Of a DNA stretch of 64,000 nt, positions 37,835 to 47,649 are shown in pieces. The notes beneath the pieces were generated by a model. The model had not been told where the DNA came from. It did no database searches and saw nothing but the letters and a program-made list of their open reading frames with translations. Numbering within the stretch: position 1 is the first letter of the stretch; each line of letters starts with the position of its first letter. The position numbers were made by a program, and so were the translations under genes. Origin of the DNA: Haloferula rosea (GTDB taxonomy: Bacteria; Verrucomicrobiota; Verrucomicrobiia; Verrucomicrobiales; Akkermansiaceae); the NCBI RefSeq assembly GCF_016595525.1, contig NZ_JAENII010000011.1:101450-165449 (forward strand), given 5' to 3'.

Positions 37835-38458
37835 TCAGTTGTCTAATTTTGTTAGGGAAGCGACGAGATAGGTGTCACGATCCGTGTCGTGACTGACCAC
37901 GGTGACGAGATCCCCCCGCACCAGTGGTTTTGAAGTTTTGGAAACGTGGGCATTGATCAGCAGAGGCACCTCGGGATCCTCCACCTCGACCTGACCTGAA
38001 CGGGCATCAAGGGTCCTGCTGCGCACCTTGCCACAGCGACCGATCACCGGCTTTGCCTGACCTTCCGAACCACGCAGTATCTTGAAGAACGGACTGATGC
38101 ACAATCCCGTCAGGCGGGTCAGAACCAAGGCAGGCAGCAGTGCCGCCACGACGATGATCGCGGCCCGGATCATCCCTTCGTCCGGATTGAAGAAATAGTT
38201 CCCCAGCATCACGAACCCCCACTCGAAAATCAGGATGAAACTGAACAACGCGCTGACCGGAACATCATCCCCGTAAACCAGCCGTCGCAACCACCGCGTC
38301 GCACCATCGAGGACCGAAACATCCTCCACCCCATCGATCCCCGCATCCCCGGCATCAATGTTGAGAAAGTCGAAATCCAGGGCACCGAGAAAGCATGCCA
38401 CCCAAAATAAGAACATGGGGACCATGAGAATGGTGAAGACCACCACTCCAGGGCTCAT
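37835..38458 (-). CDS. YqiJ-like inner-membrane protein with NfeD-like C-terminal OB domain (flotillin partner)
   Basis: Three hydrophobic helices, then ...GRCGKVRSRTLDARSGQVEVEDPEVPLLINAHVSKTSKPLVRGDLVTVV (NfeD/OB-like). It lies 5 nt upstream of the flotillin gene, as in the E. coli yqiJ-yqiK pair. Confidence 0.55.
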   Translation of the reverse strand: MSPGVVVFTILMVPMFLFWVACFLGALDFDFLNIDAGDAGIDGVEDVSVLDGATRWLRRLVYGDDVPVSALFSFILIFEWGFVMLGNYFFNPDEGMIRAAIIVVAALLPALVLTRLTGLCISPFFKILRGSEGQAKPVIGRCGKVRSRTLDARSGQVEVEDPEVPLLINAHVSKTSKPLVRGDLVTVVSHDTDRDTYLVASLTKLDN

Positions 38459-38575
38459 TGCCAAATCCCAAATCTCTTTCACGTGCCATGCATCCCAGCC
38501 GAATCCAGCAGCCGGCACCACTACAAAACCACCAGGGATTTCAACCCGGTTCCACCAGCCCTCGGCACGTGTTCG

Positions 38576-40201
38576 TTAGAGGTTCCTCAATGACCGCGCG
38601 GCATCGCTCCGGGCGGCAAAGAACGCCGGAAGGAAGGCCGCTCCCGCGCACAGCAGGAAGGCCGCCACCCCGATGATCCCGATCTCCGTGGGATTCACGT
38701 AGGCCGGAAGCACATTGAAGCCGTTGAACGACGCCGGAAACGGGTCGAAACCAAACTGGCGCAGGAATCCCTGGATCCCCTCACGGAACCGGATGACCAG
38801 CAGACCCAGACCGATCCCGATCGCCGATCCCGCCGCCCCCAGGATCATCCCCTGATAGACGAACACCCACACAATCTGCCCGGGAGCCGCCCCGAGGGCC
38901 TTCATTACCCCGATCTCGCGCCGCTTCTGGATCGTCACGGTGAACATCACCGCCGTCATCGAGAAAGCCGACACCAGAATGATGAACGAAAGCGCGAAGT
39001 ACATCATCACCCGCTGCTGCTCGATCAACCGGGAAAAATCGCTGAGCTCGGTGATCCACGTGACCGGATACCATCCCATCGGCAGTTCCTTCATCATCAT
39101 CTGCGCCACCACCCCGGCCTGATAGGGGTCATCCAGACGAACCCCGATCCCCTGCACCTTGTCCCCGATCCCCGCCAAATCCTGCGCGAGGTGGAGCGGC
39201 ATGAACACATCCGGAGTCAGCGCCATCTGGGATGACTGATAGACCCCGATGATCTCCGCCTCTTTCGGCAGGACGATCTCCTCGACACTCTTCAGCACCG
39301 CGGCATCCATCTTCTCCACATCCGTCGTGTTGAGTTCGTCAAGGATGGCCAGAAACTCCGTCGGAGCCTCCTTGCCGAGCACCAGCTTGCCGGTGATCGC
39401 ATTCTCCTCCGCCACATCGATCAGCATCACCGCCTGATGGATGAACTCGAACTCCGCCTCGCGGATCGCAGGCTCATCCTCATACATGACCATCAGCGAT
39501 TCATAGATCGCGTTGAACGTCTCCTTGCTCAGCTCGGACACCTCACCCCTCACCGCCCAGCCGTCGGCGACCTGCTTGCGGATGGCCGCCAGCGCCTGCG
39601 CATGCTTCTCCCGCACCGGCGGCGCCTTCGTCTTCTCGAAGACCCGCTCGACTTCCTCAAAATTCCGCAAGGTCAGAAGCCGGATCGTATCACCCACACC
39701 CGCGCCGAAGGAACGTGCCACCTTCGAGGAAATCACCACCTTGTCATCCAAGCCCATGTCCGCCGCACTCTCCGGGTGGGCTTCCGTATCGAGCATCGCC
39801 CGGATGCCCTCCACCTCGAGCGGGTTCTCCGTATCCACCCCGCGGAAAGAGCCCGCCGAACGATAGGAATGGATGTCGATGAGCAGGCTGTCCTGCACGA
39901 ACGGACCCGCTTCCTGAATGCCCGGGAGCTTGGCCACCTGCTCCGAAGTCTCGCGCCAATCCGCCACCGGCATCGGGAACCCACCCATTGGCGCGTAGTC
40001 CAGGCGGACATGCGGGATGAATCCCAGCAAGCGCCCCTTCACTTCCCGCTCGAGTCCATTGTAAACCGACATCACCACCACCAGCACAAGCACCCCGAGC
40101 ATCACACCGGATACCGAGATGAGGGCCACCGCCGAAAGCATTGCACGGCGGGGATTGAGGTAGCGCCATGCAAGCATGAGGCTGAACGAGCGTCGGGCCA
40201 T
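38576..40201 (-). CDS. ABC transporter permease, FtsX/LolE/MacB-type with large periplasmic domain
   Basis: The track ORF was trimmed to MARRSFSLMLAWRYLNPRRAMLSAVALISVSGVMLGVLVLVVVMSV (the FtsX N-terminal signature; ATG at 40201, confirmed in the printed sequence). It has a ~270-aa periplasmic domain and C-terminal 3 TM helices with ...VMKALGAAPGQIVWVFVYQG... Confidence 0.7.
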   Translation of the reverse strand: MARRSFSLMLAWRYLNPRRAMLSAVALISVSGVMLGVLVLVVVMSVYNGLEREVKGRLLGFIPHVRLDYAPMGGFPMPVADWRETSEQVAKLPGIQEAGPFVQDSLLIDIHSYRSAGSFRGVDTENPLEVEGIRAMLDTEAHPESAADMGLDDKVVISSKVARSFGAGVGDTIRLLTLRNFEEVERVFEKTKAPPVREKHAQALAAIRKQVADGWAVRGEVSELSKETFNAIYESLMVMYEDEPAIREAEFEFIHQAVMLIDVAEENAITGKLVLGKEAPTEFLAILDELNTTDVEKMDAAVLKSVEEIVLPKEAEIIGVYQSSQMALTPDVFMPLHLAQDLAGIGDKVQGIGVRLDDPYQAGVVAQMMMKELPMGWYPVTWITELSDFSRLIEQQRVMMYFALSFIILVSAFSMTAVMFTVTIQKRREIGVMKALGAAPGQIVWVFVYQGMILGAAGSAIGIGLGLLVIRFREGIQGFLRQFGFDPFPASFNGFNVLPAYVNPTEIGIIGVAAFLLCAGAAFLPAFFAARSDAARSLRNL

Positions 40202-40258
40202 GCTTCTGCCTACCCGCCCCGAGCAGCGGGTGCAAGGCTCGCTGGTTCCCACCCCCCG

Positions 40259-41425
40259 CTATTCCACCTCGAGACAGATCGCCTTCAGATACTCCGCCTC
40301 GGCGAAGGCCGCCGGATGGTCCGGGGCATGCCCCGCCGTCCACAGCTCGTTCCAACGCCGCCCACTGCGACCCGCCTCACTGCGAACCGCCCCGAAGAAC
40401 TCCGAACTCGAGACATGCGCCGAGCACGAGGCCGCCAGCAGCACCCCGCCGGATCGCACCCTCGCCATCGCCGCCGCATTCAGCCGCCGATACATCCGCA
40501 CCGCGCCCTCACGGTCCCGCTCACGCTTCGCCAGCGACGGCGGATCCACGATCACCAGATCGAAGTCCTCCACACAGTCCTCGATCCACTCGAACACATC
40601 CGCCTGCACCCCCCGATGAATCGCCCCGTCCAAGGCCGGATTGAGCGCCATGTTCCGGCGCGCACTCTCCAAGGCATGCTCACTGATGTCCACATCCACC
40701 ACCCGGCTCGCCCCGCCCCGCGCCGCGTAGAGCGAAAATCCACCCGAGAAACTGAACAAATTCAACACCTCGCGGCCCTCCGCCATCTCCCCGACCCGCG
40801 CGCGGTTGTCGCGCTGATCGAGGAAAAACCCCGTCTTCTGGCCATGCCGCACCGCCGATTCGAAGCTCAATCCATTCTCCTCAAACACCACCACCTCCTC
40901 GCCCGGCTCACCCCGGAATCCCTCCTCGATGCCGAACTCACCCGCTGCCTTCACCAGATTCCGGCTCAGCCTCAGCACCAGATGATCCGGAGCGAACACC
41001 TCGCGCAGCACCCCCTCGATCTCATCCCAACGCGGCAGCCAGATCGCCGAATACAGCTTCACCACCAGCGTCCCCGCATAGCGATCCACCACCATCCCCG
41101 GAAAACCCTCGCTCTCCCCATTGATCCACCGCCCACCGTTGGTTCCCGCTTTGAAAACCACACCCTCCCGCTTCCCGCGCGCCTCCATCGCCCGCTCCAA
41201 CCACCAATCGCGGTCCACCGTCGCCGGCTTCCCCTGGTGCACCACCCGCACCCGGATCGGCGAATCCGGATCGTAAAGCCCGATCGCCATGAATCGGTCA
41301 CGCCGATCATACATCACCACGAACTCGCCGGCCTTCCCATCCCGGTTCTGCGTCTTGATGCTTTCCCCGAACACCCACGGATGCCCCGCCCTCACCGCGG
41401 ATTCAGCGCGGGGCAGCAAAGTCAT
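40259..41425 (-). CDS. rlmI: 23S rRNA m5C methyltransferase RlmI-like (PUA-like N-domain + class I SAM methyltransferase)
   Basis: ...RAGHPWVFGESIK... (PUA/EVE-like), ...VLNLFSFSGGFSLYAARGGASRVVDVDISEHALE... (SAM-binding fold) and DLVIVDPPSLAK (catalytic DPP motif). Confidence 0.75.
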   Translation of the reverse strand: MTLLPRAESAVRAGHPWVFGESIKTQNRDGKAGEFVVMYDRRDRFMAIGLYDPDSPIRVRVVHQGKPATVDRDWWLERAMEARGKREGVVFKAGTNGGRWINGESEGFPGMVVDRYAGTLVVKLYSAIWLPRWDEIEGVLREVFAPDHLVLRLSRNLVKAAGEFGIEEGFRGEPGEEVVVFEENGLSFESAVRHGQKTGFFLDQRDNRARVGEMAEGREVLNLFSFSGGFSLYAARGGASRVVDVDISEHALESARRNMALNPALDGAIHRGVQADVFEWIEDCVEDFDLVIVDPPSLAKRERDREGAVRMYRRLNAAAMARVRSGGVLLAASCSAHVSSSEFFGAVRSEAGRSGRRWNELWTAGHAPDHPAAFAEAEYLKAICLEVE

Positions 41426-41615
41426 GCGAAGTCGGGATCCACTCACCGCCCCAGCCTCTCGATTTCCCACCCCGCAACAACCCCGAATTCGGAACCTGCT
41501 GAAATCCCATCCTCAACGGGTTCCTCCTACCCCGGCATCACCCGGAGCATCAGACCTCACACTCGACGATACCATGATTCCACCTCGCACCCCTTGCAGG
41601 CGACAGGCCGATTGG

Positions 41616-42152
41616 TTACTCGAGCGCGAGGTACCGTCTGGCAACCCGGTCGGTCAGCCAGACCCCATTCTTCGATAGGAAAAAGGACAGACCTTCCCGG
41701 TGCATCTCACCAGACCGCACGACGAGCACCACGGGCTTGCCATGCCGCCGCCCGACCGCCACCGCGGTTGGCTCGTCCTGAGAAAGGTGCACGTGCTGTC
41801 GACTCCCTGGAATCACCCCTTTCTCGCGGATCGAATCCAAAAAACGCGTTGCGGTTCCGTGGTAGAGGATTTCAGGCGGCTCTTGCGGTGTCAGCCCGAG
41901 ATCCACTCGAATCGAGTGCCCCTGATTGGCTCGAATGCGTTGCCCATCTCCGGAGAAAGCAAAGCGCTGCTTGTTGTTCTCGGAAACCACCATCTCAAGG
42001 TGCTCTCGGGTAACCTCCCCTGACCCAGTCGAAAGTCGAGCGAGCAACTCATCCACATCGACCCAACCGCCGGAGTCCAATTGGAGTCCCAGATGCTCTG
42101 GATCGTGCCGGAGCACCAGACTCAGTAATTTGCTTAATCGCAGGTTGTTCAT
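41616..42152 (-). CDS. kptA: RNA 2'-phosphotransferase KptA/Tpt1 (NAD+-dependent)
   Basis: [32 protein letters not shown], ...[14 protein letters not shown]..., ILYHGT and ...VHLS... This is the full KptA signature over 178 aa. Its start overlaps the macro gene stop by 4 nt. Confidence 0.85.
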   Translation of the reverse strand: MNNLRLSKLLSLVLRHDPEHLGLQLDSGGWVDVDELLARLSTGSGEVTREHLEMVVSENNKQRFAFSGDGQRIRANQGHSIRVDLGLTPQEPPEILYHGTATRFLDSIREKGVIPGSRQHVHLSQDEPTAVAVGRRHGKPVVLVVRSGEMHREGLSFFLSKNGVWLTDRVARRYLALE

Positions 42153-42643
42153 GACTCACAGGAAAGTAGTTGCTGATAGAGCTGAAGATCGTCGAGGTTG
42201 AAGCAGCAGAACGTGATTTCCAGCTCAGCAAAGAGCTCCGAACCACATGTCTCGACCGCAATCCTAGCCGCGCGATCCTTCGGATAGCCAAAAATGCCTG
42301 TCGAGATGCAGGGAAACACCACGGAGCGGAGGGAACGATCGACACAGATCCTCAAACATTCCCGATAGCATGAAGCGAGAAGTTCGGGTTCTCTATGGTT
42401 CCCGTCCCTCCAGACAGGCCCGACCGTGTGAATGATGTGGCGGGAGGGAAGCCGGTATCCTCGGGTAATCTTCGCTTGGCCGGTCTTGCACCCACCCAGC
42501 AGCCGGCATTCGTGCAGCAACTCCGGACCTGCAGCCCTATGGATGGCCCCGTCGACACCACCTCCGCCAAGCAGACTCGAGTTCGCGGCGTTAACGATGG
42601 CATCGACTTCCAACCTTGTAATGTCACTCTGGATGGCCTTCAT
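42149..42643 (-). CDS. Macro domain protein (ADP-ribose / ADP-ribose-1''-phosphate / O-acetyl-ADP-ribose hydrolase family, YmdB/Poa1-like)
   Basis: The track ORF was trimmed to [39 protein letters not shown]...IIHTVGPVW...[14 protein letters not shown]. This is the canonical macro fold. The start overlaps the upstream ARH stop by 4 nt. Confidence 0.8.
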   Translation of the reverse strand: MKAIQSDITRLEVDAIVNAANSSLLGGGGVDGAIHRAAGPELLHECRLLGGCKTGQAKITRGYRLPSRHIIHTVGPVWRDGNHREPELLASCYRECLRICVDRSLRSVVFPCISTGIFGYPKDRAARIAVETCGSELFAELEITFCCFNLDDLQLYQQLLSCES

Positions 42644-43737
42644 GGAAATGAATCGGTTGATGGTTTGGTTGCAGGACCGGCAGGAAAGATGCCGATGAAA
42701 GGACGAGCCACTCCGTGGGCAAGCACGATGATGAAGAACCACAGGTTCCTCAGCAGAAGTGTCGGAGACCAGGCAGCACGGACCCGCAACTTTCGCTCCG
42801 TGGTCAGGGCCTCCGCCAACCTGGAAAGATCATCCATCGAAGTCGGCCACTCGCAAACACCCTGGATCCATTCTTCCGGGATAGATTCCGGACCATGCAT
42901 CGCTCCACATAGCGCTCCTGCAATCGCCCCTGCGGTGTCGGCATCGCCCCCGGCATCCAAAACACAACCCACGGTCTGCTCGTAATCCCAATGATGAAGA
43001 TTCCCCGCGTGAATCACCGCTGGAACCGTCTGAAACGCAAAACCACTGATCCCCCTGGCACAGCTGCCACCTATGGAATTCAGTAGATCTCCCACGGAAA
43101 GCCGCCGCTGATGGGCCGTTCGAAGCTGCTCGAGGATCTCATCCCAATCCTCCGTGCCATTCGGATCCCTGATGAGTTCGAGCGTCTCTCCGACTGTGGT
43201 CCGCTGAGAAATCGAAAAATGAGCGGCCAATTCAACGACCGCTCGCGATGCAGTCAATGCACGTGGATCCCGATGGGTGATCTTGGTCTGGAGTTCGTTG
43301 AAGCGCGTCCTCTGCTCAGCATCATCAGCGAAGACCACTCCGATGATCGCCGCCCTCATGCACGGTCCATTTCCTGCAGAAAAGACACCGGACTTGGACA
43401 TCGGAAACCCACACCACAACCTCAGGATGGATCGGGCCGTGGCGAGCCCCACACCGGCCGGCAGCCCCACCAGCCACCAACGCAACTGCCTCGCGAAGTC
43501 GCGACCAAACCGGACCTCTTCACCTCCACAGCAGCCCAATGCCTGAGCAAGCATCACGGAATGCTCGGTATCATCACTCCACATTCCTCGACCAAAAACG
43601 AAGCGATGCCTCCAGTCTCCCCTCCAGCCCCGCCTCTTGATCTGGGCGGGCGTCAGACCCTCCGCTGGAAGTCCCAAGGAATCTCCCACAGCCGTGCCCA
43701 TCAGGACACCTTCGATCGAACGGCGGTCCATCGTCAT
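42640..43737 (-). CDS. ADP-ribosylglycohydrolase family protein (ARH/DraG-like), copy 1
   Basis: ...[23 protein letters not shown]...[15 protein letters not shown]... and a C-terminal ...[22 protein letters not shown] (metal-binding D-x-D-T motif). Confidence 0.8.
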   Translation of the reverse strand: MTMDRRSIEGVLMGTAVGDSLGLPAEGLTPAQIKRRGWRGDWRHRFVFGRGMWSDDTEHSVMLAQALGCCGGEEVRFGRDFARQLRWWLVGLPAGVGLATARSILRLWCGFPMSKSGVFSAGNGPCMRAAIIGVVFADDAEQRTRFNELQTKITHRDPRALTASRAVVELAAHFSISQRTTVGETLELIRDPNGTEDWDEILEQLRTAHQRRLSVGDLLNSIGGSCARGISGFAFQTVPAVIHAGNLHHWDYEQTVGCVLDAGGDADTAGAIAGALCGAMHGPESIPEEWIQGVCEWPTSMDDLSRLAEALTTERKLRVRAAWSPTLLLRNLWFFIIVLAHGVARPFIGIFPAGPATKPSTDSFP

Positions 43738-44699
43738 GCCTCAACCGGATTCATGGTTGCTACCTGATGAAGCCTGTCCGCCGTTTTTTTGATGCGATCC
43801 TTCCACGCCAGCTTGTTCAGCCATTCACTGGGGATTCCCTCCTGTCCGTAGTATGCACCAGCCAACTGACCATACACTGCGCCCGTCGTGTCCGCATCAT
43901 CACCAAGATTCACGGCGAGCAAGGCGCCCTCCCGAAAATTCTTGCCTCGATGAAATGCCCACAGCGCAGCTCGCAGGGACTCAACCACATACCCTGTTCC
44001 CCGAATCGTTGAGGATTCCGCCTCTCGATAGTCACCGTCGGCAATACTCCGGATCCTCGGTTCGAGCTCGCTCAAACGAAGCCCGGAAACCTCATACGCG
44101 TCTGAACCAAACAAGAGGTCTTCCTTCGAATAGCCCCTGATGGCACCGAGAATCAGGGAGCACAATAGACGACAGGCGTCCACCGCCTCGGTAGCACCAT
44201 GAGTGGTGCGTGAAGACTCAGCAGATTGTTCGACTGCGCTGACTGGGTCAGCCGCATAGAAGAGAGGAACGGGCGCAAGCCTCATGATGGAGCCGTTTCC
44301 AGCAGCCATCCGATCCATGGAGCCCGAAGCCCCAGTTCCAGTCACTCGATAGCTCTGAAGGGCGGACCGGACGGTATTGCCAATATCAAAGCATTCCCCG
44401 GTGACCGATAGGTGACCCTCCAGCCACCAGCGGAGGTAGGTTTCGCATTGATCACCCAAGTCCATCCCTTTGCTGACCAGCAGGCTCTCTGCCAGGCACA
44501 GAGCCATCGACGTATCGTCGGTCCATTGCCCAGCCTCCAAGCCGAAGGGTCCTCCTCCAACCATGTCGTCAATCGGTTCGAAAGCGCCCGGCAACTTGAA
44601 TTCAAGCGTGGTCCCCAGGGCATCCCCAACCGCCAGGCCTAAAAGGGAGCCTCTGAACTTATCCTTGGAGAGAGCATTCATCGCCAGGTTTTCGGTCAT
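43734..44699 (-). CDS. ADP-ribosylglycohydrolase family protein (ARH/DraG-like), copy 2
   Basis: ...FRGSLLGLAVGDALGTTLEFK...WTDDTSMALCLAESL... and a C-terminal ...NLGDDADTTGAVYGQLAGAYYG. It overlaps both neighbours by 4 nt. Confidence 0.8.
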   Translation of the reverse strand: MTENLAMNALSKDKFRGSLLGLAVGDALGTTLEFKLPGAFEPIDDMVGGGPFGLEAGQWTDDTSMALCLAESLLVSKGMDLGDQCETYLRWWLEGHLSVTGECFDIGNTVRSALQSYRVTGTGASGSMDRMAAGNGSIMRLAPVPLFYAADPVSAVEQSAESSRTTHGATEAVDACRLLCSLILGAIRGYSKEDLLFGSDAYEVSGLRLSELEPRIRSIADGDYREAESSTIRGTGYVVESLRAALWAFHRGKNFREGALLAVNLGDDADTTGAVYGQLAGAYYGQEGIPSEWLNKLAWKDRIKKTADRLHQVATMNPVEA

Positions 44700-45901
44700 A
44701 CTGCTTCATGAAGGTGGACTCCCGTCCCCTGAGACGCTTCCTGTTCAAGACGGATCACCTTGTCTGGGTTACGCTCCTTGGCGACCAGAACAGCGGTTAG
44801 ATCAGCGCCGGCATCCTTGAGGCGAAGCCATTCGTCGGCTTGAAGTTCAATCATCCGTTGTCGGTGGACCACTTCCGCTTCCTGCTTCTGGGTCAGAAGC
44901 TCGAGTTCCAACTGCTCCTGCTCACGGGTGCCACTGAGTTCATCCAGGCGCGTGCGACGGCTCAGGTCAAGTCGGTGGCTCAGGTTGCGTTGTTCTTCTT
45001 CGCGATCCCGCGCAGCCCGCTCATGATCCCGGGCCTGCTGCAAGTCGGCGACCTCCTGCTTCCGTTGCTCCGTCTCGGACTCAAGCAGCAGCCGAGTCCG
45101 GGTTTCAATCGCATTGTCGTGCATCTGCTGCAGCTTCCCCGGTGCGAGATAGCCGCGATAGACCACTTTGTTGATTCGATAACCGATGCGCTTTGCACCC
45201 GTAGTGAGCTCCTGATAGGTCCTCAAATCATTCAACCTTTCAGCATCCGACTTGAAGGTTTCGAAATCACTGCCACAGGCAAACTGAATCACATCTGCGG
45301 TCAATGCATTGATGAAATCCGCAATGGGGTCATGGGTCGATGCCAGCATGCGCTCGATGTCCATGAGTTCGAAGAACACCATCAACTTCACTGTCACCAG
45401 CGCCTCATCAGACGTACGAACCCCCTCGACATCAAAGTACATCTGATCCGGAATGACCCTCAACTTCTGGAACTTCAGTGCACCCGGCACCTTGCGTCCC
45501 TTACCGTTGTCGGCATGCCAACGGAACTGGTGCAACCATTCGTTCGGTTCCGGAACGTGGACCGCCGGACCCCGAAGAATGCAGTGACGGACACCCTCCT
45601 TTCCTTCGCGGTAGATGACAACGGCTTCGTGCGAATCCAAATCGATTGCCCGCTCCACGTCCATGCGGCTGTGAAGCAAAGGATCAAACCAACGTTCGCA
45701 AGGCCCGGGAATGTGCTCGGTGGTCCCGTCCGCATGATGAACCACGAGGAATTCACCGTCCCGCGCGACGCGTCTTGGCAGCATCTCCATCCGCTCAAAC
45801 GGCGCGAAGATGACGCTTGGTCCGGTGATGATTCGGCGCGTACCTTTGGGGCTCCATAAAATGGCAGCCTCACCGTCTCGGATGGTTCTTGGCAGAATCA
45901 T
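44696..45901 (-). CDS. SPFH/band-7 domain protein with N-terminal unknown domain and C-terminal coiled-coil
   Basis: The central segment ...VRTSDEALVTVKLMVFFELMDIERMLASTHDPIADFINALTADVIQF...YRINKVVYRGY follows the stomatin/prohibitin SPFH pattern, followed by a Glu/Arg-rich coiled coil. The assignment is by pattern only. Confidence 0.5.
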   Translation of the reverse strand: MILPRTIRDGEAAILWSPKGTRRIITGPSVIFAPFERMEMLPRRVARDGEFLVVHHADGTTEHIPGPCERWFDPLLHSRMDVERAIDLDSHEAVVIYREGKEGVRHCILRGPAVHVPEPNEWLHQFRWHADNGKGRKVPGALKFQKLRVIPDQMYFDVEGVRTSDEALVTVKLMVFFELMDIERMLASTHDPIADFINALTADVIQFACGSDFETFKSDAERLNDLRTYQELTTGAKRIGYRINKVVYRGYLAPGKLQQMHDNAIETRTRLLLESETEQRKQEVADLQQARDHERAARDREEEQRNLSHRLDLSRRTRLDELSGTREQEQLELELLTQKQEAEVVHRQRMIELQADEWLRLKDAGADLTAVLVAKERNPDKVIRLEQEASQGTGVHLHEAV

Positions 45902-46857
45902 GTTTCTTGGAGTTGTTTGATGACCTCAATCGGGCCATCAAGATTGCGATTGAATTCGTCGAGATCCTCCGCAGGGATCCAGTATTCCTCGTGCTCCCGA
46001 CTTCCAACGATCTTACGTTCATACTTGCTGAGGAAACTTCGCTTCACCCTGAATCGGGTAACAGCAGCCGATCCGGAATCCGGAACGTTCCATTCTCGGG
46101 CGATCTGTTCAGCATAGCCTTCGTTGGTGACGGGATAGAAGATGGGCTGTTCTGGTAGGCGGGGCGGCCAGCTTCGAAAGCTGCCCTGCACAAGTTTCGT
46201 CAACTCCTCAGGCCCAACCGGGCGGTAAAGGGTTTCCGTTTCGGCCATCACCTCCTCCACAGAACAGATCTCAACCCCTCTACTCTCCATCGCCTCAATA
46301 GCCATCCGAACATCGCCACCTTTCAGGTCCACCCCCTCGCAGGCATCCTCCACCAACACAGTTCTGAATCCTTCATCAACGGCGTCCAGGGCAGTAAACT
46401 TGACACAGTAGTCAGTGGCCACGCCCACCAGATGAACTTCGGTCACCCCTTCACGTTTCAGAAGCCCTGCAAGTCCGGTTGAACGACGACGGCCGTTGTC
46501 AAAAAAGCCACTGTAGCTATCGACCCGAGTATCCCCGCCCTTGCGCACAATGTGGTCGATACGGTGAGTATGGAGTGACTCGGGAAACTCGGCACCTTCC
46601 GAACCAGCCACACAGTGAACGGGCCACAGGATCTGATCAAGCCCGTCGAGGTCAACGACTTCACCGGGACTTCGACCCTCGTGGTTGGCAGCAAAGCTCC
46701 CGTGATCCTTCGGGTGCCAGTCCTGAGTGGCGACAACGAGTTCATAGGACGGCATCAACTCGTTGATTAGCGGGATGACACGATCCGAACCAGACACGGC
46801 CAACGTGCCGCCCGGGAGAAAGTCGTTCTGGATATCGATGACTAAAAGCGCCTTCAT
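45898..46857 (-). CDS. pncA: Nicotinamidase/pyrazinamidase PncA (isochorismatase fold) fused to a ~120-aa C-terminal domain of unknown function
   Basis: MKALLVIDIQNDFLPGGTLAV...DWHPKDH...WPVHCVAGSEGAEF...VHLVGVATDYCVKFTALDA (catalytic Cys in TDYCV, metal-binding D/H/H). The C-terminal extension ...IFYPVTNEGYAEQIAREWNVPDSGSAAVTRFRVKRSFLSKYERKIVGSREHEEYWIPAEDLDEF... is unassigned. Confidence 0.75.
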   Translation of the reverse strand: MKALLVIDIQNDFLPGGTLAVSGSDRVIPLINELMPSYELVVATQDWHPKDHGSFAANHEGRSPGEVVDLDGLDQILWPVHCVAGSEGAEFPESLHTHRIDHIVRKGGDTRVDSYSGFFDNGRRRSTGLAGLLKREGVTEVHLVGVATDYCVKFTALDAVDEGFRTVLVEDACEGVDLKGGDVRMAIEAMESRGVEICSVEEVMAETETLYRPVGPEELTKLVQGSFRSWPPRLPEQPIFYPVTNEGYAEQIAREWNVPDSGSAAVTRFRVKRSFLSKYERKIVGSREHEEYWIPAEDLDEFNRNLDGPIEVIKQLQET

Positions 46858-46869
46858 ATTAGCTTTTTG

Positions 46870-47559
46870 TTAGAGCTCGAAATTGAAACCCTTTTTGAGC
46901 AATGCCTTGTACTGCTTTTGGTCGAAGCGGTAGAGACGAGCAGCCCGATGAGCCACATCGCTCTGAACCTCTTCCGTCTCCTCAAGAATCCCGAGTTTTT
47001 TGACCTTCTTTCGGAAGTTCCGCTTGTCGATCTCCTCGTCGAGGATGCGCTCGTAGAGCTTCTGGAGTTCGGTAAGAGTGAATTTTTCGGGCAGCAGTTC
47101 GAAGCCAATCGGTTCGTATCGAAGCTTGCCCCGCAAGCGTTCGCGGGCGGTCTCGAGGATCTTGCCGTGGTCGAACGCGAGAGTCGGAAGATCATCGAGC
47201 GGAAACCAAGCCGCCTTGCGGGCGTCCGTATCGGCTCTTGGCTGATGCTCAAGCAGGTTGACCAAGGCGTAATAGGCGATGGTCACGACGTGCTCCCGTG
47301 GATCACGCCGCGGATGCCCGAAGCTGTAAAGTTGCTCAAGAAAGACGTTCTTGAGACTGGTCTCTTCACGCAACTCACGGCGTGCACTTTCATCAATGTC
47401 CTCGCCCACGCGAACAAAGCCGCCAGGCAGCGCCCATCGAGCTTCATAGGGCGGGATGTCCCGCTGGATCAACAAGACCTTCAGATCTTCGTCGTCCAAT
47501 CCAAAGACCACACAGTCAGTCGTCAGGGCGGGGCGGGCGTATTCGTAGGTGTAGCTCAT
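46870..47559 (-). CDS. nrtR: Nudix-related transcriptional regulator NrtR-like (Nudix ADP-ribose-binding domain + C-terminal winged-helix)
   Basis: The track ORF was trimmed to [20 protein letters not shown]. The Nudix box is [24 protein letters not shown]. The C-terminal ~90 aa (...[35 protein letters not shown]...RLYRFD...) resembles the NrtR DNA-binding wing. The gene lies immediately upstream of pncA and next to nadE and pncB. Confidence 0.65.
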   Translation of the reverse strand: MSYTYEYARPALTTDCVVFGLDDEDLKVLLIQRDIPPYEARWALPGGFVRVGEDIDESARRELREETSLKNVFLEQLYSFGHPRRDPREHVVTIAYYALVNLLEHQPRADTDARKAAWFPLDDLPTLAFDHGKILETARERLRGKLRYEPIGFELLPEKFTLTELQKLYERILDEEIDKRNFRKKVKKLGILEETEEVQSDVAHRAARLYRFDQKQYKALLKKGFNFEL

Positions 47560-47649
47560 AGAAAATTTGGCCAAATATTGAACCCGGCTGAATGAGGACC
47601 TGCACCATCCAGCACTGCAGGCCCCCTCAAGGTTGACGGGAAGCAAGCT

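Noticed and set aside
42640-44699. The two ARH genes, considered as DraG (nitrogenase ADP-ribosyl switch-off reversal)
   Set aside because: No nif or draT genes are nearby. The context is KptA/macro/PncA/NrtR, and glnB at 27.5 kb is unlinked. A generic ADP-ribosylglycohydrolase call is safer.
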